DNA of 64,000 bases from Thermoplasmatota archaeon (lineage in GTDB: Archaea; Thermoplasmatota; E2; UBA202; JdFR-43): assembly GCA_038818725.1 (NCBI GenBank), contig JAWAYL010000001.1:5676-69675 (forward strand), in the 5' to 3' direction. Each line of letters starts with the position of its first letter. Positions within the stretch are counted from its first letter, which is position 1. The notes under the pieces are model-generated. The model had not been told where the DNA came from and made no database searches. It was given only the letters and a program-made list of their open reading frames with translations. This document shows, piece by piece, positions 1-9,811 of this stretch. The translations under genes and the position numbers were made by a program.

Positions 1-377
1 CTTTCTGGTATTTCATCTTTTCCGAAAATGGGAATATATGCATTTGTTGATTTTATTAGAGAAGAAATACTTGAAGTATAAACAATTCCATCTTCCATAC
101 CTTCTTTTGGATTCAAGGCATTTTCAACTGCATAAATTTCTTTTAGCGAAGAAATGCTTGTTATATTTGTTGAATTTATATATAGCATCAAGGAATCAAT
201 TGGCCATTCCTTTCTTATTTCCTCAAGCAATTTAACGCTTGGCTGATCAGAAGGCATATATACTTCAATATCTGGAGTAATTGTTACTCTTAAACCCTGT
301 ATTGAAATAATTACAGTAATTAGTGTAAATAAAGTAACTGTAATTTTTGGTCTTTTAAATAGATATTTAAACACCAT
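1..377 (-). CDS. RND/MMPL-superfamily membrane exporter, N-terminal fragment (5' end of the gene; it runs off the window)
   Basis: Reverse-strand translation from the ATG at 375-377 gives MVFKYLFKRPKITVTLFTLITVIISIQGL...PDIEVYMPSDQPSVKLLEEIRKEW with no stop before position 1. It has a TM1-then-periplasmic-loop start typical of RND/MMPL exporters. Not in the ORF track because the gene is incomplete. Confidence 0.4.
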   Translation of the reverse strand, partial: MVFKYLFKRPKITVTLFTLITVIISIQGLRVTITPDIEVYMPSDQPSVKLLEEIRKEWPIDSLMLYINSTNITSISSLKEIYAVENALNPKEGMEDGIVYTSSISSLIKSTNAYIPIFGKDEIPE

Positions 378-402
378 TCATACCATTATCCTATTTTTCT
401 AT

Positions 403-1629
403 TTAAAATCTTTTTTTAATTGCAATTAAAATTGCTATCAATATAAATATAAGTTCAAATCCAGGTGTCTTTCCCTCGCCTTTTATTTCTATTATTTTGG
501 TTGCTACTGTTTCTTCTCCATACCTATCTATCACTGTAAGCTTTACTGTATATTTTCCAGCTTTACTATATGCATGACTGGGGTTTGTTTTATTGCTTGT
601 TGTTCCATCTCCAAAATCCCAATAGTAAGCAAGAATTCCATCTTCATCATTTGCTTCTGCTTTGAAGGAAATGCTTTCTTTAACATTTGATGTATTCTGG
701 CAAATTATGCTCGCATATCCTTTCTTGTTTGTGTGTGGATTATAATTAGAATTTGTAAGGTTAATAACCAAATTGCTTGATATTTTAATTCCCTCCTCAT
801 CAATATTATCTCTATTTATCATTTTTTCAATCATTCCCTTATCAGAATTCCAGAGTAAAGTAGTATTTTCAAAATTCATTATTGGAACAGGATAGCCCAT
901 TACATCTATTGTTATTTCTCCTATAAAAGGAATATAATCAGATAATATTGTTGCAGTATTTCTTCCAGTATCTGTGCATCTAAATTTTAATTCAACAGGA
1001 ATACTTTCTTCTGAACTTGCTGTAATATATTTTGCTGTGCAATTTGTCCACCACTCTTCGCCTTCATTTATTGGAAAGTTAAGGAAATTTAAAGGAGGAA
1101 TATATAAAACTTTTGTTTCATTTGTTGCTGTTATTGTCTGATTTTTTAATCCAAAAGCATTTAGAACAATATCTGGCACACCTGGGGCATCAACAACAAC
1201 ATCTATCTTTACATCAGTCAGTAAATTACTTTCAGATACTGCAACTTCTTTAGTTGTAAGATATGTCTGCCCACTCGCAGTCACATTCATATTTATGTTC
1301 GCATACAGTCTATAAACTTTATCCTCATAAGGTAATTTTGCATTTATCAAACCACCTCCATTTATGTAACTGCTTACATCAAGCAGATAGCAAACAACTG
1401 GCGTATTGTTTAAAATCCTCAAAACAGTGTCATTTACATTCACTTTTACAATTATGGCTATTGTTAATTCTCCCTCTATGCTCATATTTATTGATTCATC
1501 GCTCATTTTTATTGAATAAGTCATGTCTCCTTTATAGTCCCACCCGTCGCCTATGCTCCAAGAAGGCTTTTCAATTGCATTTGCAAATGGTAGAACAAGC
1601 ACAATAGCTAAAGCAAACCAGATTTTCAT
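403..1629 (-). CDS. Secreted surface protein with a PKD domain and a canonical PGF-CTERM anchor
   Basis: N-terminal signal peptide MKIWFALAIVLVLPFANA. PKD motif YYWDFGDGTTSNKTNPSHAYSKAGKYTVKLTV. C-terminus KTPGFELIFILIAILIAIKKRF has the PGF motif, then a TM helix, then a basic tail. Confidence 0.7.
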   Translation of the reverse strand: MKIWFALAIVLVLPFANAIEKPSWSIGDGWDYKGDMTYSIKMSDESINMSIEGELTIAIIVKVNVNDTVLRILNNTPVVCYLLDVSSYINGGGLINAKLPYEDKVYRLYANINMNVTASGQTYLTTKEVAVSESNLLTDVKIDVVVDAPGVPDIVLNAFGLKNQTITATNETKVLYIPPLNFLNFPINEGEEWWTNCTAKYITASSEESIPVELKFRCTDTGRNTATILSDYIPFIGEITIDVMGYPVPIMNFENTTLLWNSDKGMIEKMINRDNIDEEGIKISSNLVINLTNSNYNPHTNKKGYASIICQNTSNVKESISFKAEANDEDGILAYYWDFGDGTTSNKTNPSHAYSKAGKYTVKLTVIDRYGEETVATKIIEIKGEGKTPGFELIFILIAILIAIKKRF

Positions 1630-1670
1630 GTGTGTTTATTATAATACCCTATAAATTTTTTTTGATTATA

Positions 1671-2853
1671 TCAGTATTTCCGCATGTGGAATAATAAATT
1701 GATGTTGTAAGCCTTTTACAACAACAATTTTTAGGAAATTTTTTGTTTTTCTCCAAAATAAATAACAATTACACAAGTTTATCTGAAATTTACTATATCT
1801 TACAAAATAATAGCGGAAGATAGTCCTGTAACTGAGGAAGAAAGAATAATAAAATAATTTCAATTGAATTATCATGTCGAGTATAATTTCCAGTGCATTT
1901 GCCTACTATAAATTCATCTTCAATTAAATCCTTCCATTCTTCTGTGTTATTGAGTTAACCTATCCTAATAAAATACCATAGATTGTACAAAAGAGATATG
2001 AAAAGGAAGAAAAAATATCTTATGATAAAATCAGCAGTTTTTGTTTTAACCATGAAATTATTTTCAGCATCTCTATAAAAATTCTCTATATTCCATTAAT
2101 TTCTTTATTCTGTTTGTCTTTTCCATTGGTGCAATATATTTTAATCCGTGTTTTTCAACCACATTCAATACTTTCCTATCTGAAGAGAGACCTCTATCAA
2201 ATAAAACTAAATCTATCATTAAACCATTTTTCAGCTATGCTAAGTAAATCATCAACCAGCTTATCTTTTCTTGAAAAAGGAGTTACTGGAAAACCATATA
2301 GGCATATCCTATATTCTCCTATTAAAGCATTTATTGTAATGTATTTGAAGCAAAATTTTGTTCCCTTGAAATTTTTTGTACCTAAAACATATTCATTTGA
2401 TTCCCCAAACATCGAAACGCTTGCTCATCAATTAAAACAATTATTCTTTTGTTTCTGTTTTCTTTACTAATTATCCCAACTATGTCTTTTTGTATATCCC
2501 AAAACTCTTTACTTATTTCTTGCATACTTTTCTTCTTTAATCTCTCATAAAAAGTATCTGCATCTGGAATGTCTTTATTTGCTATTTTTCTTAATCTTTT
2601 GCAGCCATTTTCTGGATATCTATTTCTAATTGAAAGATAGATAGATAAGAGAAGCTAAAAATTCATCATCTTTATATAATGAGTTATATCTTGTATGAAA
2701 ATCTATTTTGCCATCTATTAAACGAAATGAAAATCTATTTAATTTCCTTAAAGATTTATTTTTTGCCTGAGGCATGGCATTCCCATCCCTCCTTAAGATG
2801 GAATGTTGCCTCAGGGCTTAATTTTTTTAAATTTTCACTTTCGGAAATACTGA
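1671..2853 (-). mobile_element. Degenerate IS4/ISH-like insertion sequence (copy A); transposase broken by stops and frameshifts
   Basis: 12-bp terminal inverted repeats: TCAGTATTTCCG at 1671-1682 and CGGAAATACTGA at 2842-2853. Reverse-strand translation contains DDE-like pieces (FDRGLSSDRKVLNVVEKHGLKYIAP ... MEYREFL) interrupted by stop codons. About 90% nucleotide identity to the inverted copy at 55401-56114. Track ORFs 2114..2470 and 2197..2412 are fragments of it. Confidence 0.6.
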
Positions 2854-2903
2854 AACTAACGCAAGGTTTTAATAATAGTTGTTGTTAATAGGTAGCCATC
2901 ATT

Positions 2904-4046
2904 ATGGAGGTGGTATCATTGTCGCTCGATCCATCAGCTGCAAAATATTTGATTAAGGGAAAAATAAGAGTTGAGGGAATAGTGGATAAATCAGATGTAA
3001 TAGGTGCAATATTTGGGCAAACAGAGGGCTTAATAGGTGAGGAACTTGACTTAAGAGATTTGCAGAAATCCGCAAGGATAGGAAGAATAGAGGTTGATAT
3101 AAAGCATACTCAGGGTAAAAGCGAAGGAGAATTTACACTAACTTCCGCCCTTGAAAAAGTTGAAACAGTTTTAATAGCTTCAGCAATAGAAAGTGTTGAT
3201 AGAATTGGTCCATGCAAAGCCGAGTTAAAAATTGAGAAGGTAGAGGATATAAGAATTGCAAAAAGGAAAAGAGTTGTAGAAAGAGCAAAAGAAATTCTTG
3301 CTGAAATAATGAAGCAAGCTCATGAAGAGATGCCTGACCTTGTGGAGGAAATAAGACAATCTGTTCAGGTTGAGGAAATTACATATTATGGGAAGGAGCG
3401 CCTGCCCGCGGGACCAAACATTGATAAAAGCGATGCAATAATAATTGTTGAAGGGAGAAATGATGTTATTAATCTTTTGAGGCATGGAATAAAAAATGTG
3501 ATTGCAGTTGAAGGAACAAATGTTCCTCAAACAATTATTGATTTGTGCAATGAAAAAATTGCCACCGCTTTTGTAGATGGTGATAGAGGAGGAGAGCTTA
3601 TTTTAAGAGAATTGCTTCAAGTTGCGGACATAGATTTTGTTGCAAGAGCTCCCCCAACAAGAGAGGTTGAGGAGTTATCATATAAGTTAGTTATGAAAGC
3701 TTTGAAAAATAAAATACCAGCTGAGCAATATCTTGAAAACATGGGAATAAAAAAGGAGAAGAAAAGCGAGCTCGGGGAATATGAAAAATTGTTTGAAGAA
3801 ATAAGAGGAAACCATATTGCAGTTTTTCTTGATGATGATGGCAAGGAGATTAAAAGAATAGAAACAGAAAAGTTGATTGAAGAAGTTGGAAAAACAAAGC
3901 CAAAAACAATAGTTTTTGATGGAGTTATAACTCAAAGATTAATTGATAATGCTTTTGAAAATAGGGTAAAGAAAATAGTAGCAACTGCGATGGGAGAAGT
4001 GACAAAGATTCCAAAAAATATAGAAATATTAACAGAGAAGCAGTAA
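2904..4046 (+). CDS. dnaG: Archaeal DnaG-type primase (Toprim domain)
   Basis: 380 aa. Conserved archaeal DnaG N-terminus (KIRVEGIVDKSDVIGAIFGQTEGLIGEELDLRDLQKS) and Toprim segment (IIVEGRNDVINLLRHGIKNVIAVEGT ... FVDGDRGGE). Confidence 0.8.
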   Translation: MEVVSLSLDPSAAKYLIKGKIRVEGIVDKSDVIGAIFGQTEGLIGEELDLRDLQKSARIGRIEVDIKHTQGKSEGEFTLTSALEKVETVLIASAIESVDRIGPCKAELKIEKVEDIRIAKRKRVVERAKEILAEIMKQAHEEMPDLVEEIRQSVQVEEITYYGKERLPAGPNIDKSDAIIIVEGRNDVINLLRHGIKNVIAVEGTNVPQTIIDLCNEKIATAFVDGDRGGELILRELLQVADIDFVARAPPTREVEELSYKLVMKALKNKIPAEQYLENMGIKKEKKSELGEYEKLFEEIRGNHIAVFLDDDGKEIKRIETEKLIEEVGKTKPKTIVFDGVITQRLIDNAFENRVKKIVATAMGEVTKIPKNIEILTEKQ

Positions 4047-4047
4047 A

Positions 4048-4578
4048 ATGTACTCACAGAAAGTGATGGATCATTTTCTAAATCCTAGAAATAAAGGTAA
4101 ACTTAAGGATGCGGATGCGGTAGGAAAGGTTGGGAATCCAGTATGTGGGGATGTAATGTATATTTACATAAAAGTTAATGATAACAGAATTGTTGATATA
4201 GGATGGGAAACAATGGGTTGTGCTGCGGCAATTGCAACTTCTTCAATGCTCAGTGAGCTTGCAAAGGGAAAAACTCTTGAAGAGGGGCTTAAGATAAGCA
4301 GAAAAGATATAGCAGATGCCCTGGAAGGATTGCCACCAATAAAAATGCATTGCAGTAATCTTGCAGCTGAAGGACTGCATAAAGCAATAGAAAATTACAG
4401 AAATAGAGAAAAAATAATGGAAGAATTTTCAAAAATTGTTGGAAAAGAGGATGCAAAAGCATTATGGCAAGCAGGAATAGCAAGTGTAGATGAGTTAAGA
4501 AAAACTTCAATAGAGGAAATTTCAAATATAATAAGTGCAGAAGGAGTCAATAGGATAAGAGAATATTTTAAAAAATGA
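4048..4578 (+). CDS. NifU/IscU-like Fe-S scaffold domain protein with a C-terminal helix-hairpin-helix tail
   Basis: MDHFLNPRNKGKL...VGNPVCGDVMYIYIKV...GCAAAIATSSM...MHCSNLAAEGL gives the three conserved Cys of the IscU/NifU N-terminal domain. Immediately follows dnaG. Confidence 0.55.
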   Translation: MYSQKVMDHFLNPRNKGKLKDADAVGKVGNPVCGDVMYIYIKVNDNRIVDIGWETMGCAAAIATSSMLSELAKGKTLEEGLKISRKDIADALEGLPPIKMHCSNLAAEGLHKAIENYRNREKIMEEFSKIVGKEDAKALWQAGIASVDELRKTSIEEISNIISAEGVNRIREYFKK

Positions 4579-5069
4579 AAGGAAAAATAATAGTTTTAAC
4601 TGGCGATGGCAAGGGAAAAACAACTTCAGCATTTGGCTGCGCCTTGAGGGCGGCAGGGCATGACAAACGGGTTGTTGTTATTCAGTTCATGAAGGCAAGG
4701 GAGAGCGGAGAGACAATGATTAAAGTGAAAAATATAGAAGTATTTAAATTTGGTAGAAATTTTGTTTTCAAGGCTGGCAAGGAGGATTTTGAAATTGCTG
4801 AAAAGGCAATGAATTTTGCAAGAGAGGAGATTAAAAAAAAGCCATTTTTGCTTATTCTCGATGAAATAAATGTTGCAATTGATAAAAATCTTATAAAATT
4901 AGAAGATGTTATAAAACTTTTAAATGAAAGAGAAGAGACAAATATAATACTAACTGGAAGAAATGCAAAAAAGGAGATAATAGAAATTGCAGATATTGTA
5001 ACTGAAATGAAAAATATAAAACATTATTATGAAAAAACAGGAGAAACAATTGAAGGAATTGAGTGGTAA
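4575..5069 (+). CDS. Cob(I)yrinic acid a,c-diamide / corrinoid adenosyltransferase (CobO/CobA/BtuR family)
   Basis: GKIIVLTGDGKGKTTSAFGCALRAAGHDKRVVVIQFMKA ... LLILDEINVAI ... ILTGRNA ... ADIVTEMKNIKHYYEKTGETIEGIEW. The P-loop GKGKTT and the C-terminal VTEM..KH motif are typical of CobO. ATGA overlap with the upstream gene. Confidence 0.75.
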   Translation: MKGKIIVLTGDGKGKTTSAFGCALRAAGHDKRVVVIQFMKARESGETMIKVKNIEVFKFGRNFVFKAGKEDFEIAEKAMNFAREEIKKKPFLLILDEINVAIDKNLIKLEDVIKLLNEREETNIILTGRNAKKEIIEIADIVTEMKNIKHYYEKTGETIEGIEW

Positions 5070-5099
5070 AAATTTTATATTAAAATTCAATAATTGCAT

Positions 5100-6524
5100 A
5101 TGAAACATCTAGCATTAATTGTTGTTGCAATTTTCTTGCTACCTACCTTTTCTATTGAAAAAGAAAATAGCATAAAGTGGCTAAAAGATGGCTATCCAGA
5201 TATAAAAATTAATAAATTCGATGGTGTAGGTATTGGAATAATAGATGGGAAAAGATGTATAATTTCTAAAGATAAATACTATGAAATTTTTAACCAAGCT
5301 TCACTATATGATTTCCTAATAATTTCTCCTGATGAATGGTTAAGCGAAATTGAATTGCTTAAGCAGCATAAGGAAAGCAAGGGAATAAAAACAATAGTTG
5401 TTGGGCTAGATGAAATTTACAATCATCCCTCAACAATAAATGGGCGAGATAATGCCGAAAAAATAAAATACTTCATTAAAAATGCAATTGAAGAATGGGG
5501 AATAAAATATGTTTTGCTTGTAGGGGACATATATAATATGCCAATAAGAAATGCCCTCCATATATGGAGAGATGGAACTCAACTGAGAGAATTTCCAATT
5601 CCAACAGATTTATATTATGCAGATATTTATAGATATGAGGATGGTAAAGTAGTATTTTCTTCATGGGATACAAATGGCAACGGAAAATATGGAGAGGAAT
5701 ATGAGGATGGATATACCCAAGGAGATATTATAGATTTGTATCCAGATATATATCTGGGTAGAATAGCATGCGAAAATAAAATAATAGTTAGGCAAGTAAT
5801 CAATAAGATAAAAAATTATGAAAACAAAACAAAAGGCGAGGAATGGTTTAATAAAATAGTTCTTATTGGAGGGGATACTTTTCCAGGATGGGGGGTTTTG
5901 GAAGGGGAAGTAATGAATGAAATTGTAGCTGAAATAATGAATGATTTCCAGCCATATAGAATTCAGTATTCGCTCGGAAATTTAAATACTTTAGAAATTC
6001 ATAAGGCTTTGCAAAAAGGATGCGGTTTTCTCTATTATTCTGGGCATGGTTTTCCATATGGTTGGGCTACCCATGGAAGTAGCGAGGAATGGATTGGTAG
6101 ATATTTTACCCCTTATATTCTTACTCTTTCCAACGACTGCAAACTCCCAGTGATATTTTTTGATGCCTGTCTTACTGCAAAGCTTGACTTTAATTCATCT
6201 GATTTAAGAGAAGATGGAATACCAATTCCTTTCAATGCTTCATTTCCTTGCTTTGCATGGTATTTCATCCGCCACCCAAGAGGCGGAGCAATAGCAACAG
6301 TAGGAGCAACTAGAGTTGCATTTACAGGTGTGGATGAAGATGGTCCTCACTGGGGAGCAAGCTATTTGGCTTATAAATTCTTTAATGCATATAGGAAAAC
6401 GCAGATCTTGGGAGAAGTTTTTGCAAATGCTCAGATAGGTTATGCAAGCTCAATATGGGATACATGGACAATTGAAGAATTTATATTGCTTGGTGACCCA
6501 ACCTTAAAAATTGGAGGATATTAG
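5100..6524 (+). CDS. Secreted clan-CD cysteine peptidase (C25/C11/caspase-fold-like)
   Basis: Signal peptide MKHLALIVVAIFLLPTFS (the track ORF starts at an upstream TTG at 5094). A hydrophobic strand followed by His-Gly (FLYYSGHGFPYGW), then about 45 aa later a hydrophobic strand followed by Ala-Cys (PVIFFDACLTA). This His-Cys dyad arrangement is characteristic of clan CD. Confidence 0.45.
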   Translation: MKHLALIVVAIFLLPTFSIEKENSIKWLKDGYPDIKINKFDGVGIGIIDGKRCIISKDKYYEIFNQASLYDFLIISPDEWLSEIELLKQHKESKGIKTIVVGLDEIYNHPSTINGRDNAEKIKYFIKNAIEEWGIKYVLLVGDIYNMPIRNALHIWRDGTQLREFPIPTDLYYADIYRYEDGKVVFSSWDTNGNGKYGEEYEDGYTQGDIIDLYPDIYLGRIACENKIIVRQVINKIKNYENKTKGEEWFNKIVLIGGDTFPGWGVLEGEVMNEIVAEIMNDFQPYRIQYSLGNLNTLEIHKALQKGCGFLYYSGHGFPYGWATHGSSEEWIGRYFTPYILTLSNDCKLPVIFFDACLTAKLDFNSSDLREDGIPIPFNASFPCFAWYFIRHPRGGAIATVGATRVAFTGVDEDGPHWGASYLAYKFFNAYRKTQILGEVFANAQIGYASSIWDTWTIEEFILLGDPTLKIGGY

Positions 6525-6625
6525 AAATGAAATAAATGCTTTTTCTCACGGGTGATGTTCCTTATCATAAACATCTTTTACAGGAAGCTTGCTTAATTTT
6601 GATTGGCGTCCATTTATGCACAATT

Positions 6626-7051
6626 TCATTCCACAATTAAATTTTCTCCTGCTTTATTGTCGCTTGCAAGCAAAAATTCATTGCTCATATGCAAACAACT
6701 TACAGGACAAACATCATTGCATTGACTGCAGAATATGCATCTTCCAACATATATTCTAATTTTTTTCTCATTTTCCTTAAATTCAATCGCTTTTGCAGGA
6801 CATACCTTTATGCATGTTTTGCATCCAATGCATTTCTCCTTCTCATAAACTATCTTTCCTCTAAAGCCTTCTGGCACCTCAACAGGCGGATTTATCTTTG
6901 CCTTTCCTTCATTCATTTTTTCTAAAAAATTTTTTATGCTTTTTGGAGCATACTTTACTGGAAATCTATTTGTGAAAGGCTTTTCAAACATTTGCCTTAA
7001 CAGTTGTTTTATCATCGGAAACATTTTATCACCATGGTAAAGATATTGCAA
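6626..7051 (-). CDS. mbhN: Mbh hydrogenase 2x[4Fe-4S] ferredoxin subunit (NuoI-like)
   Basis: Two ferredoxin motifs: CIGCKTCIKVCP and CIFCSQCNDVCP. Last gene of the cluster. Confidence 0.75.
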   Translation of the reverse strand: MQYLYHGDKMFPMIKQLLRQMFEKPFTNRFPVKYAPKSIKNFLEKMNEGKAKINPPVEVPEGFRGKIVYEKEKCIGCKTCIKVCPAKAIEFKENEKKIRIYVGRCIFCSQCNDVCPVSCLHMSNEFLLASDNKAGENLIVE

Positions 7052-8060
7052 ACTGATTATCCCATATGAGCAACAACAATCCTACTAAAGATATTAATGT
7101 TATTGTTACCCAATATGAAGTAACCACTTGATTTATTCTAAGCCTTGCCATCCCTGCCCTTATTATTGTAACGGAAAAAAATATTAATAAAAATACTTTA
7201 AGAAGGAAAAATATAAAATCAGCTATGGTAGAAGGATAACCAGATAAGCCTAATATACTTGAAATATTGTAAGGGAAAAATATATTAACAATAAGTGAAG
7301 CCATTGCAAAAATTCTAACTCCATCAGCCATATAGAACAATGCAAGATTTCTTCCAGAATATTCAACTAGCACACCTTGAGCTATTTCTGTTTCTGCTTC
7401 AGCAACATCAAAAGGAATTTTTGCAACTTCTCCTGGAATTACAATTATAAGCGAAAGAAGAAGAAGAATTGAACCAATAAATCCAATTAATCCGACATTG
7501 CTTAATATTGGATTAGAAGAAATAAATGAAAGGGCAAAAACATTTTCAGAAAAAGCAGATAGCTTCCATGCGATTGCAATTACACTTATAGCGAGAGGAA
7601 ATTCATAGGATATCATCGTTACCATTTCTCTCTGTGCCCCTATAGTAGCGAAGGGCGAGCCGCTTGCGAATCCGCCCGCAACCATTGCAAGAGCAGGTAT
7701 TATAAATATATAAACAATTAAAATTATATCATTTTCTGTATGAAGTTGTATTTTTTCAAGCCCTGGAATAGGAATATAAAGCATGAGAAGAATGCTTGAA
7801 GCAAGGCATATTATAGGAGCAATATTATACATCCATTTTACTGCAGTTTCTGGAATAACATTTTCCTTTATCATCAATTTTGCAACATCCAGAAATGGCT
7901 GCTTTATAGGTGGACCAACTCTTTTCTGCATCCTCGCAACAATCTTGCGATCTATACCTTTAAAAAGTAGGCCAAAAAATATTGAAAGTAAAGAAATTAA
8001 AATGCATCCTATGGAAGGAAAAAACATTTTTTCAATCATCTCATATATTTTTTCAATCAT
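7029..8060 (-). CDS. mbhM: Mbh hydrogenase membrane subunit (NuoH-like)
   Basis: 343-aa polytopic membrane protein with the NuoH-like signature RKIVARMQKRVGPP. Confidence 0.75.
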   Translation of the reverse strand: MIEKIYEMIEKMFFPSIGCILISLLSIFFGLLFKGIDRKIVARMQKRVGPPIKQPFLDVAKLMIKENVIPETAVKWMYNIAPIICLASSILLMLYIPIPGLEKIQLHTENDIILIVYIFIIPALAMVAGGFASGSPFATIGAQREMVTMISYEFPLAISVIAIAWKLSAFSENVFALSFISSNPILSNVGLIGFIGSILLLLSLIIVIPGEVAKIPFDVAEAETEIAQGVLVEYSGRNLALFYMADGVRIFAMASLIVNIFFPYNISSILGLSGYPSTIADFIFFLLKVFLLIFFSVTIIRAGMARLRINQVVTSYWVTITLISLVGLLLLIWDNQFAISLPW

Positions 8061-9271
8061 CTCATCATCCTCCTTGTTTTCTTTACTGATAGCTGATGAA
8101 GTTCCTCAGCAGTTAGAATTTTTTTCTCATTATTTTTTACAACAATAACCCTATTTGTACATGACATGCAAGGATCGATAGAGGCAGCAACAATTGGTAT
8201 ATCTGCAATTTGCATATCAAGCAACATTGGTTTCCATGAAAGAAGATTGATATAAGTAGGTGCTCTGATTTTCCAGGAATAAAGATGTTCGAAACCGCTC
8301 TTTAATTTCACATAGTGTATGTCTTCTCCTCTTGGAGCTTCATATCTAGCAACTGCTTCTCCTTCACTTTTCTTTATCTGTGCTAAAATTTTAATAATCT
8401 TTTGTTCTGATAAAATTTCACCTTTTGGCATTTCTTCGATTGCTCTCTCTATTATATCAAGAGATTGCTTAACTTCAAGAAGCCTCACAACAATTCTATC
8501 ATATGTATCTCCAATTATTTCACCAGTAAGCAAATCAGGTGTTATTGCTTTAACTTCAAAATCAGGATAAGCAAAGTAAGGCATATCTTGGCGAACATCT
8601 TTCCTTACTCCACTTGCCCTGGCAGTTGGTCCAACAGCAGATAGCTTTATTGCATCTTCTTTGCTAAGTACACCAATTTCTCTTGTCCTCATCTTTATTG
8701 TTTTATCCTCCAAAAATAATTTTGCAATTTTTTTAAATCCATCCCTGTAATAGTTTATCATTTCCTTTATTTTTGGTATATGCTCTTCTTTAATATCTCT
8801 TCTAACTCCTCCATACATAATTACTGATTTTGTAACCCTATTTCCATTTACAATTTCAAGAATATCCATCACCTTTTCCCTTACCATCCAAACATAATGA
8901 AGCAATGAATCAAAACCAAGTTCATGAGCGGCGACGCCCGCCCAGAGCAGATGGCTATGTATTCTTTCAAGCTCGCCTTGAATTACTCTTATATACTGGG
9001 CTCTCTCTGGAGCTTCTATTTCAGCTATTTCTTCAACTGCCATGACAAGGCATGAAGGATGGCAAAAATTGCATATTCCACATACTCTTTCTGCAAGATA
9101 TATGCTTTGTATTGGATTATTTCTATTCATCCCTATCCATTCCACGCCGCGATGATTCTGGCTTGCAATTACATCAACATCAACTATTTTTTCTCCTTCA
9201 AGAGTAAATCTAAGCAAAATCGGCTCTTTCAATGCGGGATGGATTGGTCCAACAGGAACTTCATACTTCAT
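8057..9271 (-). CDS. mbhL: Group 4 [NiFe]-hydrogenase large (catalytic) subunit (NuoD-like)
   Basis: N-terminal L1 motif RVCGICNFCH (RxCGxCxxxH) and C-terminal L2 motif DPCMSCTNR (DPCxxCxxR). All four Ni-Fe ligand cysteines are present. 404 aa. Confidence 0.8.
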   Translation of the reverse strand: MKYEVPVGPIHPALKEPILLRFTLEGEKIVDVDVIASQNHRGVEWIGMNRNNPIQSIYLAERVCGICNFCHPSCLVMAVEEIAEIEAPERAQYIRVIQGELERIHSHLLWAGVAAHELGFDSLLHYVWMVREKVMDILEIVNGNRVTKSVIMYGGVRRDIKEEHIPKIKEMINYYRDGFKKIAKLFLEDKTIKMRTREIGVLSKEDAIKLSAVGPTARASGVRKDVRQDMPYFAYPDFEVKAITPDLLTGEIIGDTYDRIVVRLLEVKQSLDIIERAIEEMPKGEILSEQKIIKILAQIKKSEGEAVARYEAPRGEDIHYVKLKSGFEHLYSWKIRAPTYINLLSWKPMLLDMQIADIPIVAASIDPCMSCTNRVIVVKNNEKKILTAEELHQLSVKKTRRMMR

Positions 9272-9274
9272 TTT

Positions 9275-9811
9275 TCACCTCCATTTTTCATAAAGTTTAT
9301 TTGTTTCTTTTGGCGAGGTTTCGTCTCTCCTCCATGGATATATGCCAGGTGGAAAATCTTCTGTAAGGAACATATGCCTGTCATCTGGAATCTCTTCTAT
9401 TTCAACACCAACCATTTCTTTTATTTCTCTTTCTGAAAATATTGCTGAGGGAATAAGAGATGTTATTGATTTTATTCTCAAATCACTTTTTGGCAAAATA
9501 ACCTTAAAGGAAACTATCTTTTCCTCTAAATTTTTTCCATAATCAACAGTAAAATGATAGTTTAATTCTATTTCATTTCCTAAATCGCTTGCAGATATAA
9601 TGCTAAAATGGGGAAAATCACTTGAAAAATTTATCATAAGCTCTATTGCTTCTCTAAGCTTTTCTCTATCAACACTTACCCATATACTCACTTTTTTTGC
9701 CTTATTCTTTACTCCCGCTGATTTTTCTTTCATCCATGCATCATATCCTTTTTCCTTAAATTTTTGAATTATTTCCTCTGGATTCATTCCAACCCCTCCA
9801 GATATTCCCAA
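9275..9811 (-). CDS. mbhK: Mbh hydrogenase subunit (NuoC / 30 kDa-like)
   Basis: 178 aa, located between the small and large subunits as in mbhK. Soluble NuoC-like composition. Confidence 0.6.
   Translation of the reverse strand: MGISGGVGMNPEEIIQKFKEKGYDAWMKEKSAGVKNKAKKVSIWVSVDREKLREAIELMINFSSDFPHFSIISASDLGNEIELNYHFTVDYGKNLEEKIVSFKVILPKSDLRIKSITSLIPSAIFSEREIKEMVGVEIEEIPDDRHMFLTEDFPPGIYPWRRDETSPKETNKLYEKWR

Noticed and set aside
1263-1607. Track ORFs antisense to, or embedded in, well-supported genes (for example 1263..1607, 3225..3530, 3617..3935, 4289..4525, 13793..13993, 21149..21682, 21489..21906, 27725..28150, 30378..30740, 35924..36282, 46136..47294, 61178..61693)
   Set aside because: They overlap genes that have clear conserved motifs on the opposite strand or in another frame. 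Their low-complexity, Leu/Phe/Ile-rich composition is what antisense reading of AT-rich coding DNA produces.
8057-9271. Large subunit as an Mbs/Mbx-type (non-hydrogenase) or complex-I NuoD-type subunit
   Set aside because: Both CxxC ligand pairs of the [NiFe] site are intact (RVCGICNFCH, DPCMSCTNR). NuoD-type and Mbs-type subunits have lost or altered these, so a true hydrogenase is the better call.
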